Counted from the first letter of the whole stretch, positions 25,686 through 37,632 are shown. The stretch: DNA of 63,885 nt, filler included, from Collodictyon triciliatum (GCA_043381765.1; 46 parts of 46 records of this genome joined end to end with filler, not necessarily neighbours in it), one strand, 5' to 3'. Numbers and translations are program-made. The notes: generated by a model from the letters alone, not told the origin.

Positions 25686-26401
25686 TTTTTTTGGATTCTT
25701 TTAAACAGTTTATTGAGAGAAAACAAAGCCGAGGAAACCGCCTTCGCCTCCAAGACAAAAGTGAGCTGTGGACAAGACAGTGGAAAACCCGGATTGTGTG
25801 GTTGGAGTTTTTGTGTTTTGGGAAGAAGAGAAAAGAAAAAAGATAAAGAAAATAGAAAAATAGAAAGGAGAGAAGTGTTCTCACACGCAGACTATTCTAC
25901 CCGAGGTGAATCAGCTCCAACGCGGTTTCTGGTTGTATTCGAGACTGACAGAAGAGCGGATAAAGTTGTGGGGTCGATGAAAGTACGCACATGACAGTTA
26001 CTTCTCAAATCGATTCCGGCGAGTCCTTTCAACCGTCTATCTCAGACAGGGTTTACATCCTATTTCACTCCGCAGGATGAGTCTTTTGAGGGGACAACGG
26101 GTCACTTTCCTTGCGTTTCTTGCTGCACGACTCTGACAAAAAGCGATACATCGTTGTTTGTCTGCTATTATCAGAAGTAGCGCTTGACCGTCCCCTGGTT
26201 TCGGAACCATGCGTAGCCGGCAGTGGACTTTACCTAACCGGAGTATGGATACGCGTTTGTGGTTTTAGAAACATACGCTCCTGCTTGCTCGGACTGTCTT
26301 GAGTGTGTGAAGTTCCAAGCTTGGATTCGACTTGTGGTGTTTGCTCTTGCTCCTTGGTTCTCGGTGCGACGGGCTGGGGCAGGGGAAACGGACTATCTTT
26401 G
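25686..26401 (-). mobile_element. Interspersed repeat family A, copy 2, with pyrimidine-rich 3' UTR, AATAAA and A-tail
   Basis: Matches 17376-17890; on the minus strand it ends ...CAATAAACTGTTTAAAAGAATCCAAAAAAAA. Confidence 0.8.
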
Positions 26402-26567
26402 NNNNNNNNNNNNNNNNNNNNNNNNNNNNNNNNNNNNNNNNNNNNTTAATTAATTAANNNNNNNNNNNNNNNNNNNNNNNNNNNNNNNNNNNNNNNNNNN
26501 NCATACATACATACATACATACATACATACATACATACATACATACATACATACATACATACATACA

Positions 26568-26599
<32 letters not shown>

Positions 26600-26656
26600 G
26601 ATTATAAAAGAATAGGGAATCATAAATTGGATAATCTGAGTCTATGTGAATAATAC

Positions 26657-27457
26657 TTGGGAGAGCTGTTCAGGCAATGGCCAATCTGGGTAGTCGGATG
26701 AAGGGAAGCGATTTAATATCTCTGGCGTAATCTTAGAAGAGACTTGCTTCTTTTCTGTATATGACGCAGCAATATTTGTTATTTGAATGGAATATGTACA
26801 TTCCTCTAACATGTTCCAATAATGTTTACAAACTATCAATATACAACCGAATGATATCATTTCGAGAACCCCGAGCAAAAGGGGGGAAATACAAATAAAA
26901 TAGAATCAGCAGGAATACACAAGGATTACAGACAGAAATGCTTAAAGCAAGACAATCAAAAAAAAAAAAACGATAAATTATCAAGGATCAGAAAAGAGAC
27001 CACACGGCAAGAAAAGCAGATAGAAAGCACAAAATCGAAATATGCATAAGCCCAGGGAGCCAATAGGCCGGATAGCGCTACCTTGTAGCTGCATGATTTT
27101 CTCCGCCCCCACACCGATGACGACGATGTACTCAAAGAGCCGATCAACTGAGTTGTCAGTCCACGAATGGTTGAGCTCCGGCGGCTTTGTCGGTGTGACC
27201 TGCGGCCCAAAACTGCGGGTGAAGGCCGCTTCGCCGGAGTCACCTGCCAACGCTAAAAGCGTTGCATGATCGGTCGAGTTTCGCTTCGGGATAGAAACGC
27301 GATCGGTTGGCGATGGAACTGGGATCGACTTTGTCCGAGTGTGGCGCTTTGCGACTGGCGAGTGGACTCCGAGAGGCGGGGACGCAGACGCACAGGCGAA
27401 TGTGGAGGCCGAGGCCGGGTGGTGTGTTGTGGGTGTCTTTGGGGAGGCCGGATTCAT
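26657..27457 (-). CDS. DENN-domain Rab GEF, N-terminal exons (uDENN)
   Basis: DRLFEYIVVIG and PEILNRFPSSDYPDWPLPEQLSQ. Confidence 0.8.
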
Positions 27458-27894
27458 CGATCGCTGCGGCCTTGGGCTTCCTGTGGGGCTGCGACTTGGC
27501 TGTGGTTGCTGGGTAAGCGGCTATGTGGCGAAAGCAGGGCGAGACAAGAACGAAGGAAGGAGGGAAGAAAGGAAAGAAAAGGATCATTTTCTTGGGGTAT
27601 CAAGCCAGCGCGTCGCTAGTTGGTTGGTTGGTTGGTTGGTTGTTTGTTTGTTTGTTTGTTTGTTTGTTTTGTTTTTTTGTTATTGTTATTGTTATTGTTA
27701 TTGTTTTCTTGTTTTTTGTTTTTTTGTTTTTTTGTTTTTTTGTTTTTTTGTTTTTTTGTTTTTTTGTTTTTTTGTTTTTTTGTTTTTTTGTTTTNNNNNN
27801 NNNNNNNNNNNNNNNNNNNNNNNNNNNNNNNNNNNNNNTTAATTAATTAANNNNNNNNNNNNNNNNNNNNNNNNNNNNNNNNNNNNNNNNNNNN

Positions 27895-28690
27895 AGGAGT
27901 TACAGAAACACTCCAAACAACTGCTGTGTGTCCAATCAATGTGCGAATAAAAGCTCCATCAGAAAGATTCCAGATTTTGATTGTACTATCGTAACTCCCA
28001 GATACAACTTTTGTACCATCGGGAGAGACAGCAACACTTACAACAGCATTAGAATGACCTGTTAATGTGCGAATCAAAGCCCCGTCTGAAAGATTCCATA
28101 TTTTAACAGTATGATCGTGGCTTCCAGAAATTATTTTTGTATCATCAGGAGTGGCAGCAACAGTTTCAACCCAATTTGTATGTCCAATTAATGTGTGTAT
28201 CAAAGCTCCATCAGAAAGATTCCAGACTCTTATAGAACTCATTAATCCAGTGACTATTTTTGATCCATCGGGCATGAGAACTATGCTAGTAGCTCCACTT
28301 TCTAGCCCACCGATAGTGAGAATCAAAGCTCCATCAGAAAGATTCCAGATTTTGATTGTATTATCCCAACTCCCAGATACTATTTTTAACCCATCAGGAG
28401 TGACAGTAACACATCTGACAATATTTGTATGACCAAACAATGTGCGAATCAAAGCTCCATCAGAAATGCTCCAAATTTTAATTGTGCTATCATGACTCCC
28501 AGAAACTATTTTTGAACTATCAGGGGGTACAGCAACATTATTAACCCAATCAGTATGACCAGTCAATGTGCGGATAAGATACTCCTGCCCTTGAACTTGA
28601 AAAATATGGCTGTGGGATGCTAACCCTAAAACGGGTTTTGTCAGTGTGTTTCGTATTGTAAATTTCGGCCATTTTGTGTGAATATTATTC
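27895..28690 (-). CDS. WD40-repeat protein with highly similar 42-aa repeats, single long exon
   Basis: At least 5.5 repeats of GALIRTLxGHxxxVxxVxVxPDGxKIVSGSxDxTIKIWNLSD. Confidence 0.93.
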
Positions 28691-29287
28691 TAAACAATCT
28701 TTTATACGTCAAATACGATATCATACCCATCAGGTATAAAGCTGCTATCCAGAGGCTGGTTGCCTTTATCATTCAATAGCAAGAAGATATGAAAACTAAT
28801 GCATTTCGATGTTATTTAATCAGTAACTATCTTTCACTTTTAAACTGAAATTGATTTACTCTCTTTTTATATCACTCTAGGCCCCAAAAATATTGCGTAG
28901 TAGATTAATAAGAACCAAAATGAGTAAAATTAACATGATAAATATATTTCATCTTCATTTGATTGAATGACCTAAGACATTTTGAATAGCTATGATAGAG
29001 TTGATTTTTGAATCATTTTATTGTGACTAATAGAGATAGCAACACTGTGACGTTTTCGTCACGTTTTCTAATCATCTCATTTAACTACTTAACAAATATA
29101 TCAATAAGAATATATTCTTGGAAGAAACATTTGAACTTTCTCTGGAAGCGTCATTTTGAGAAAAAAATGGCATCCAATATTAGTGAANNNNNNNNNNNNN
29201 NNNNNNNNNNNNNNNNNNNNNNNNNNNNNNNTTAATTAATTAANNNNNNNNNNNNNNNNNNNNNNNNNNNNNNNNNNNNNNNNNNNN

Positions 29288-29324
<37 letters not shown>

Positions 29325-29328
<4 letters not shown>

Positions 29329-29872
29329 GAGTCTTCCAAGGGTCTTGCAGCTTGTTCCTGATTGTCCAGTCGACGAAAGGTTTGTCATTGCGTGTCGAAG
29401 AACCCAGACCACTCAGTGCTGGCATCAAGAAGAGCGTTGAAGTCTCCACAGATGATGACATGTTTCGCAGACTCCATCTCCTTAGAGGGAAGCTCATACT
29501 CGTGTATTCTAGTATTTGAAACTGCTGTTTGGAGCGACATGTATGTCGTCATTATGCGAGTGTCAGCCCCATCGATTTGGATATCGAGACTTATGCAGCA
29601 CCCAGGAATCATCTCTCTGAAGCGAGGATTGATTTTGGCTATCCATTTCTTGCATAAAATCCCTACACCTGCGTGTCTGTGATGATTATCGTCACGGGAC
29701 CACATTTGTGAATCTTTCCATACTTCATTGTTTGTTAGATTGTCAGGGCTGGGCCATGTTTCTTGGAGGCAGATGATATCTGCGTGAGAGAAAAGAGCAG
29801 TGTTTAGGGCCTCTTTTCTTTTTGTGGGGTCGTTAATCCCCTAATGTTCCACGACAGAACGTTAAAATGCAT
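29325..29872 (-). mobile_element. L1/Tx1 ORF2 APE endonuclease, frameshifted
   Basis: VLSWNIRG, DIICLQETW, AGVGIL, VIICGDFNALL, LQDPWKTLNP in shifting frames; ends in (GA)n. Confidence 0.9.
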
Positions 29873-29879
29873 GAGTAGT

Positions 29880-30465
29880 CTATTGGATTTTGGAGGCAGT
29901 AGCCTTCGGTGGTTGGCCCTCTCCACTGGAGCTGGGTTGCTCAGAGTGGGATGGTTTACTCGGGGTGTCCTTCATTTGTCCGGTGTTATAATTGCTCGTG
30001 GTTCAGCCATAAACAGTACTTGAGGAGTATTTTATCGTTACCGAGGCTTCAAGGTGCTCGCTGTTTTATTCAGCAGAATCTTCTATGATGACGACGGGTT
30101 GGATGGGCGGTTGTTCTTGCAATCCAGAGTCTGGGACGTTGCTTCTTATGGATTGCACAGTATTTGCTGAAGAAAGAGTCTCTTGGGTGGTTCCGGGAGC
30201 CATGACCTCTAAGGTGGCCGGTGGGTGTGGTTTGTTGGGTGCCATGACGCTGTTTCCCGATTTTGTTACCAAGTTGGCATGGGCTTTCCTATCCTCGGCA
30301 TACACACCACGATTTGAAAGTGATTTTGGTGAGATATCATCGGTTTGAGGAGGTTGGTAATATTGGAGGCATGCGATGTTTCTTCCACTTCCTTGTAGCC
30401 ATTCCATTACTTCTACCGCCTCCTTTGTGTCCAATATCCTTGAAAATGCACAATGTATATTTCTA
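29880..30465 (-). mobile_element. Decayed ORF1-like region upstream of the endonuclease
   Basis: Intronless Pro/Thr-rich frame immediately 5' of ORF2 in the same orientation. Confidence 0.5.
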
Positions 30466-30474
30466 CTATAGAAG

Positions 30475-30579
30475 CCCCTTGGTTTTGCACAAAAACCACA
30501 CGTATGGCAACCAAGCCGAGCTCAGGTGCGGTGAGCGCAAGCGAAACGCACAAGAGCGAGGTGCCTCAACTTGACGACG
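30475..30579 (+). mobile_element. 5' end of repeat family B (ORF starting MATKP)
   Basis: Shares TTGGTTTTGCACAAAAACCACACG(T/A)ATGGCAACCAAGCC..CAACTTGACGACG with 58932-58991 (minus strand). Confidence 0.75.
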
Positions 30580-30680
30580 NNNNNNNNNNNNNNNNNNNNN
30601 NNNNNNNNNNNNNNNNNNNNNNNTTAATTAATTAANNNNNNNNNNNNNNNNNNNNNNNNNNNNNNNNNNNNNNNNNNNNA

Positions 30681-31184
30681 AAGGATGCTGGCTGGGAGAC
30701 TTCAAAAGCAAAGGATGCTGGCTGGGAGACATCAAAAGCAAAGGATGCTGGCTGGGAGACTTCAAAACCAAGAAATGCTGGCTGGGAAACATCAAAAGCA
30801 AAGGATGCTGGCTGGGAGACTTCAAAACCAAGAAATGCTGGCTGGGAGACATCAAAAGCAAAGGATGCTGGCTGGGAGACTTCAAAAGCAAAAGATGCCG
30901 GCTGGGAAACTTCAAAAGCAAAGGATGCTGGCTGGGAGACTTCAAGGCCAAGAAATGCTGGCTGGGAAACTTCAAAACCAAAGGATGCTGGCTGGGAGAC
31001 ATCAAAAGCAAAGGATGCTGGCTGGGAGACTTCAAAAGCAAAGGATGCTGGCTGGGAAACTTCAAAAGCAAAGGATGCTGGCTGGGAGACATCAAAAGCA
31101 AAGGATGCTGGCTGGGAGACTTCGAAACCAAAGGATGCTGGCTGGGAGACATCAAAACCAAGAGATGCTGGCTGGGGTGCATAA
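30681..31184 (+). CDS. C-terminus of a GW-repeat protein, 17 x (K/R)(D/N)AGWETSK(A/P), ending RDAGWGA-stop
   Basis: 30-bp tandem repeat; in this frame ACT/ACA, GAG/GAA, GCT/GCC, AAG/AAA and TCA/TCG variants are synonymous and TAA (31182-31184) follows the last unit. Confidence 0.8.
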   Translation, partial: KDAGWETSKAKDAGWETSKAKDAGWETSKPRNAGWETSKAKDAGWETSKPRNAGWETSKAKDAGWETSKAKDAGWETSKAKDAGWETSRPRNAGWETSKPKDAGWETSKAKDAGWETSKAKDAGWETSKAKDAGWETSKAKDAGWETSKPKDAGWETSKPRDAGWGA

Positions 31185-31667
31185 ATCTATTGAGATTATG
31201 AACACAGAATATACCAAAATGGGCACGGTATGCAGAGGTGGCAACCAAATCGACATGATTTGGGGGGATTTCAAACATATAATTCCAATCGAGGCAACGA
31301 CACACCCAAATAAAGTGTGCCATGATCAGCAAATGTGGAAAATAGATAAACCGCTATTTTCAGTCATTCATATATCTTTTTGAACATATCTACATATAAT
31401 TTTTGATTTTAGAGTTGTATATCAAACCATAAAGTCGCCCTAAACTGACACCTATGCGGTGGCATCAATCCAACCAAAAGCAGAAGCAAACACAAACCAA
31501 GCATAAGAATAAGCATCACAAAAGACCAAAAACCCTTTCTGACCGATTCTTTTGAGCTTGTTGCGCGGCTTCATCGATCGCATCTGCCCATTTTTGTCCA
31601 CGCCAGCCTCACAGACGAGCTGCACTCAACTCAACTCAACTCAACTTAACAACGAGAGTTCCTTGCC

Positions 31668-31808
31668 ATGGCCGATGCCGCTGCTTTGGGTCCGGACGTC
31701 TCCGCCTGGGATGAAACGCGATTGCGGCTGCTTGACCAAGATGTGTGTTCCGATCTACTACGAGACGCAGACGACGGTCTTCTGCTCCGTGTCGATCAGG
31801 ACGAAAAG
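31668..31808 (+). CDS. First exon of a hypothetical protein
   Basis: GCCATGG start, GC-rich codons MADAAALGPDVSAWDETRLRLLDQ...DEK, then donor GTACC. Confidence 0.5.
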
Positions 31809-32339
31809 GTACCGATTCGTGCACAGCCTCCAAGCCTCTGGCTTTACCTTTTTTAGTTTTAGTTTTAGTTTTAGTTTTAGTTTTAGTTTTAGTTTTAGTT
31901 TTAGTTTTAGTTTTAGTTTTAGTTTTAGTTTTAGTTTTAGTTTTAGTTTTAGTTTTAGTTTTAGTTTTAGTNNNNNNNNNNNNNNNNNNNNNNNNNNNNN
32001 NNNNNNNNNNNNNNNTTAATTAATTAANNNNNNNNNNNNNNNNNNNNNNNNNNNNNNNNNNNNNNNNNNNNGAATATGCCTTACCTTTGTCGCTTTTATA
32101 TTTAGATATACTTTCGAATATGTGATATGTCACGTTCCCCTTTTTTTGTTCTTTTTTTTTCTCCTCACCACCTGGTGCATTCACTTGAAAGCAAAACCAC
32201 GATGAATTCGTTGATGGTATTTTCCGACTCATCTGTCGAAACCCTCCTCGCCTTGGAATCCAACCCCGTCACGTCGGGAATGGATTGATTTGTACTGTCA
32301 CACCGCAATAAAATGATTGTGCTGATGAACGTTACTTAT

Positions 32340-32855
32340 CTCTCATTCCCCTTCGTGATAGGCACGTGTGCGGCAAAAGCCGGAAAAAGTCTCTCAACAA
32401 TACACACTGCTTTGCAGCAACGGTGATGAATCCATTGGGCACACATTTGTGCAATGTCCCTTCGCTCAAAACCTGCGCAAAACAGCCAGCGAGATTCTTC
32501 GGCTGACACTCAAGGCGGCTGCGGCTGTTGGCCCAATCCATGCGATATTTGGGCGTCTGTAACAGCTGCGTCCAGATGCGAAAAAACATTCAGGGCAGTG
32601 ACGCGAGGCCATTTGCTACGGACTATGTGGATATCACGCATATACTCACTAAAAGTTGGATGATTAAAAAAAACATCTTATCGATCTCTTCGATCTCGGG
32701 TGGTTTAATCCAACCACCAATGACCCCAGTGAGACCAGAAGTATTTCTGCGCCAGTCAGCCTCGTGTAGGGTCGAGCTTGCATCGGGAAACAGAACCTCC
32801 CAATCGATCTTTGGGGCTGACATACCACGATCAAAAAGTGCGATTGAGAGCGGAC
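32340..32855 (+). mobile_element. Decayed LINE ORF2 C-terminal zinc-knuckle region
   Basis: LCSNGDESIGHTFVQCPFAQNL and WISR remnants, with stops and frameshifts. Confidence 0.75.
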
Positions 32856-33362
32856 TTTTTTTTTTATTCCAAAAACCTTAGCTGGTGAGCCCGTCTCAAC
32901 AATCTTTAATTCAACCATCAGGCAAGTAGTTCCAAAGTAGGTGGGGATGTGTGGGAGATAGAAAAAGGAAAAACAGGGATAAAAATAAAGAAAAAAGGGA
33001 AAAGGGAGGTCCTTGAGGCTTGATAAGAGACGCATGGATTTCTTTTGGGGACGCGTGATAGTGTCCCACGAGTATGAGAAAAAAAGAAAAAAAAGGGACG
33101 GGTGATATTGATTGGATGGAGGAGGGGGAATACTGCATCGATGGCGCAAGGTGTCGATAAGGGTGGTGAAAAGAGAAGTGAGGTTCGTTTGATAAGCACT
33201 AGGTCGAGTGCAAAGAGGACTTCTCTGCATGATTGACTCACCTCCTTCCAGACCGTATTTGTGTCTTTTCAGTAGGGGTTGTCGAAGGGATTTCTCCCTC
33301 TTGCTTGCAAAAGAAACCTATGGCTATAAGCTTCCACTCCCTGGTGTCTCTCTCAACCAAGG
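32856..33362 (-). mobile_element. LINE 3' end with pyrimidine-rich UTR and AATAAA-poly(A), abutting the previous fragment
   Basis: Minus strand ends ...GGTTTTTGGAATAAAAAAAAAA; same 3' architecture as family A. Confidence 0.55.
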
Positions 33363-33629
33363 NNNNNNNNNNNNNNNNNNNNNNNNNNNNNNNNNNNNNN
33401 NNNNNNTTAATTAATTAANNNNNNNNNNNNNNNNNNNNNNNNNNNNNNNNNNNNNNNNNNNNACGTCACCAGAAGAGTGCTTCCATGAGAGAGGAATGAG
33501 ATACCATATCTACGCCGAGCTTCGACCCCACAAAAAGACACCCCAACAGAATAGTACCCCCCCCCCCCCCCCCCCCCTATTCCAGTCTGCCCTTCTTGGA
33601 AAATCCCCCATGCCCCCCACATACCCCTT

Positions 33630-33790
33630 TGTAAAACCCAAGCCACAGGCCAAACCGCAGGATGCAATTCCTGATTACCGACTGCTTCTCCGCCACCAGG
33701 CCATCAAGTAGCGTTAGTGCGAAAGAAGGCTGGCACCTTGGAGACAGGAACTCCATCCCCACACGCAAAGAAAAGTAAACAAAATAAATA
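33630..33790 (+). mobile_element. Repeat family C, 3' end, copy 1
   Basis: CCAAACCGCAGGATGCAATTCCTGATTACCGACTGCTTCTCCGCCACC matches 45047-45095; A-rich end. Confidence 0.7.
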
Positions 33791-34876
33791 TAGCAAAGAA
33801 TGGCCCAGTAAGATGGGTTTATTAGCAAAGTAAATTGGCTTTGACTTTGGCTTCGTGGGAAAAAACAAATTAATCGAATCGAACGCGATGGATTCTTTGA
33901 ACGATGCAATTAAACAAACCTTTGCAACAAATAATGTGAATGAGGTTACTCAAGAAATAGGTCGTAGTGAGTCAGCACAGTTCAGTTATATATATATATT
34001 TATCACGGGCAAAAGGCATTCGATCAAACAACAATACAAAAAATCAAATACAATATTATATCCAAACTGAATATTCTTTTTTTTTTTTTTAGAATAGGAT
34101 TAGCGACGTTTACATGTTGCGTCTACTGGTTACGCATTTATTGTCTGATTTAAATTAGTCGCATCGCTTCGTCTTTGCCGGAAGTTAGGCCTCGTATTGA
34201 ATCCAACTCAGGCCTATTGGTAGTTACAGCTTTAAAGGGTTGTATGTAGCTCGACCCACAATAGATGTATTTATATGAGTCATGAATTTTATTTCTGTAC
34301 ACCGACCTGCATACGAATCCAAAACGCGTTCGTACTTTCAACCAAGGTGCAACAACTAGGGTGGGCTGTAGAATAATAATATAACCCTTACTTAATATAA
34401 ATATAAAAGGAAAAATATCAATGTGCCACGTTGACCTCAATGAGTGTGTGAGATCAGTAACTTACAAAAAAAGAGATTTTTTTAACAGTATTCTAATAAG
34501 TAATTTTTTTTTTTACAGAATATCCAATAATATCATATATTCCTTTTGAAAAGTAAAAAAAATTAGTAAGATTAAAGCATAAACTTTTACTCCGTGTCAG
34601 GTTTTGTAAGCCATTATAATGGGTTAATAAAGATACTCGAAAGGTGGTGCGCGTCACTTAAGCCCGCATCAAATATCAGCCTTTTCAAAAAAAAAAAAAA
34701 ACATAGATTAAAAACAAAAAAAAAAAAAATTTGGAGATGTGTTTGATAAATAANNNNNNNNNNNNNNNNNNNNNNNNNNNNNNNNNNNNNNNNNNNNTTA
34801 ATTAATTAANNNNNNNNNNNNNNNNNNNNNNNNNNNNNNNNNNNNNNNNNNNNAAAAAAAAAAAAAAAAAAAAAAA

Positions 34877-34921
<45 letters not shown>

Positions 34922-36092
34922 CCAGCGAACGTACTCGGACTTAAAAGTGTCTTTGGTGTATAATCGGTATAATTTATTTCAATTTTGTTATTAGGATCTT
35001 TTCTTTTCATTATTTCTTATTTTATGGTCATTAATTTGTTGTGTCTTTTTTATTTTTTTAATCCCACCTTTAATTGCATGTGCCTTTTATAAGTCGAAAA
35101 ACGATAAAAAGAGGAAACCATATTTTGCATGATAAGAATATCAAAATATATACAGAAATAAAAAAAATAGAAGAAAAAAAAAGAAGAAAGAACGTTCACA
35201 GTAAAGTGCATACCAAGGGGCTTTGATACGATAACAGGGTGTGTTGAGAATAAATGATCACCTGTGCATAGGCAAGGATGCTCTCTGAATACCCGCGACC
35301 AGACATCTGTTCATGGATAGAAAGGATAAAGAAAAAAAAAAGAAAGAAGAGGAAAAGCAGGAGATTTTACCAGGAGCCAATCATTGATTACTTATTATTT
35401 TTTTTTTAAAAAAAAAAAGGAACAAATAAACCCGTCCTTAAATAAAAAAAAAAACGAGTAAAGGAAGCGATAAAGACGAGTGTGAGTGCATCTCTCCAGC
35501 AGCAGGTCTACAGGAATGCTTGATTAAACAAGCGTACGTGTGCCTTCCGGCTCTTCTTGAAAAGCCCGCTACATGACTGCAACTTTGCCAAAACAACGCT
35601 TCACGCTTTTGACGTTTGTGCGCACCCACCTATTCTCGAATCTTCCGATCTTGTGTGTCCGTGCAACTAAGTGTCAGATTGAGTTGCTCAAATGGCAGTG
35701 GATTGAAGCCTGCGAAGGAAATCAGTTTCTAAAAATATTAATGACATTATGATGTTTTTATGATGACGAAATCGAAATGGAGAATATTAATATATGATAA
35801 TTACATTTGCATCATAATTTCCACAAGTATATGTAATAGTACGGTTACAATGATATTGTATATTTTTAGAATTGATCAGGCCACCCGAATAAACTTGCAG
35901 ATTGTTCGATCGCCACAAAACACACAATCACAAACGAAAGGAAAAAGAGAAAAGGAAGAGGGAAAGAAAAAAGAAAAGAAGGTAACTGACCCAAATTCTG
36001 TAAATATAATACCCCGCGTGTAGAGCAGATACTGAGAAACTTAGAAATGTAAAAACACTCGATGTTGGCCTTGACGGTTTTGCTAACCTTAT

Positions 36093-36143
<51 letters not shown>

Positions 36144-36767
36144 NNNNNNNNNNNNNNNNNNNNNNNNNNNNNNNNNNNNNNNNNNNNTTAATTAATTAAN
36201 NNNNNNNNNNNNNNNNNNNNNNNNNNNNNNNNNNNNNNNNNNNAAAAAAAAAAAGAAAAAAAAAAAAAAAAAAAAAAAAAAAGACAAAAGACAAAAAAAA
36301 CAGAAAAAACAGAAAAAAAACGCACGATAAAAAAAAACACAAGATAAAAAACCAAAACAAGGGAATGGCTGTAAAAAAAAAAAGATTATGTAGAGTATTT
36401 CGAGCCAGGCGATTGAGTCTGAAAAAAAGTGCACAGATGTATGGAAAAGACACATATTCTTGGGGCAGGATAGCAACAATCAATCAACTGCACACCTATG
36501 AATGTTTAAAAAAAACATCAACAAAAAAAATAGAAAAAACCAAAGAACCTAAAAAAAAAGGAAGTTTATTGTAACTTTAGCAAAAAGGTTAATCACTATG
36601 ACGAAAACTTATAGCACTTAAAGAAAAGTGAAATAAAAATAAGTTGGCTGAATTAAAACGAACGAGTGATGAGTTAGAAATTTACTTTTTCAAAAAATAT
36701 GCGGGACAATATGAATACTTAAATAGTTTTGGATAGCGTTATGGTTGAATCTAAATTACGGGGTAGG

Positions 36768-36791
36768 CTTTGAATCGAATAAAGGAAAAAA
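36768..36791 (+). mobile_element. Micro-retroposon copy 3 with perfect 15-bp TSD
   Basis: AAATTACGGGGTAGG (36753-36767) - CTTTGAATCGAATAAAGGAAAAAA - AAATTACGGGGTAGG (36792-36806). Confidence 0.9.
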
Positions 36792-37632
36792 AAATTACGG
36801 GGTAGGAGGGGATCATAAGGAGACATGACAATCTTTTCTTAAAAAAGCACTCCTCAACGAGGATACCGAAGCCAGTTTTGCTTACGCAATCTCTAACACA
36901 TTTCAATTAAAAATATGTTTATGAGTTAAATATACTTTCGGAGTTCAAGTCCAAGAGTTTGTTTTATGTGGGATGAAATATAATTCAATTAGTAATTTCT
37001 TACAAGCAGAAAAGGTTCCATCGTAATACTAACAGCTGATACGTTATGGAAATCAGATATTGCACAGTTGGTTGCGAAAGAAAACCTGTTTTCAAAAGCG
37101 AAGAAAAACTCGGAGTCGATAAATCTCTTCAAAAATCAGCATATGTCACAAAATAGTAAAATCAGATGATACAGAGTATTGTATCAATGAAATTTTTATA
37201 CATAATGTATTTATATAAAAGAAAATGTAAAAAGAGAAACTATAAAATGTAACAAAAGGACAGAAATGTTACATTTCCAGGATTTGTTGAGAAGTTTTCC
37301 TAGAATCAAACTTTTTCACTATTTCTTGGAATAATTCAGGGGTGAATGTGGGATTGCTCTGCATAGCCTCTCGAATTCGTACCTGTGACCAGTTAAGAAT
37401 TGAGCTTAAGGGAAAATCCACTATTTAATCTAGAAAATTAAAAATTAAAAATTAAAAATTAAAAATTAAAAATTAAAAATTAAAAATTAAAAATTAAAAA
37501 TTAAAAATTAAAAATTAAAAATTAAAAATTAANNNNNNNNNNNNNNNNNNNNNNNNNNNNNNNNNNNNNNNNNNNNTTAATTAATTAANNNNNNNNNNNN
37601 NNNNNNNNNNNNNNNNNNNNNNNNNNNNNNNN

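Noticed and set aside
30628-31383. ORF-track proteins (MLAGRLQKQR)n and (SPSQHPLLLK)n
   Set aside because: Unit variants are mostly non-synonymous in these frames but largely synonymous in the GW frame, which also stops exactly at the array end.
33888-34160. Possible COP9 subunit 8-like exons
   Set aside because: Similarity is too weak and I could not build a consistent exon chain.
36768-36791. Micro-element as a trans-spliced leader relic or as a MITE
   Set aside because: It is followed by an A-tail rather than a retrocopied mRNA, matches no spliced leader I recognise, and has long variable TSDs with asymmetric ends, unlike DNA-transposon derivatives.
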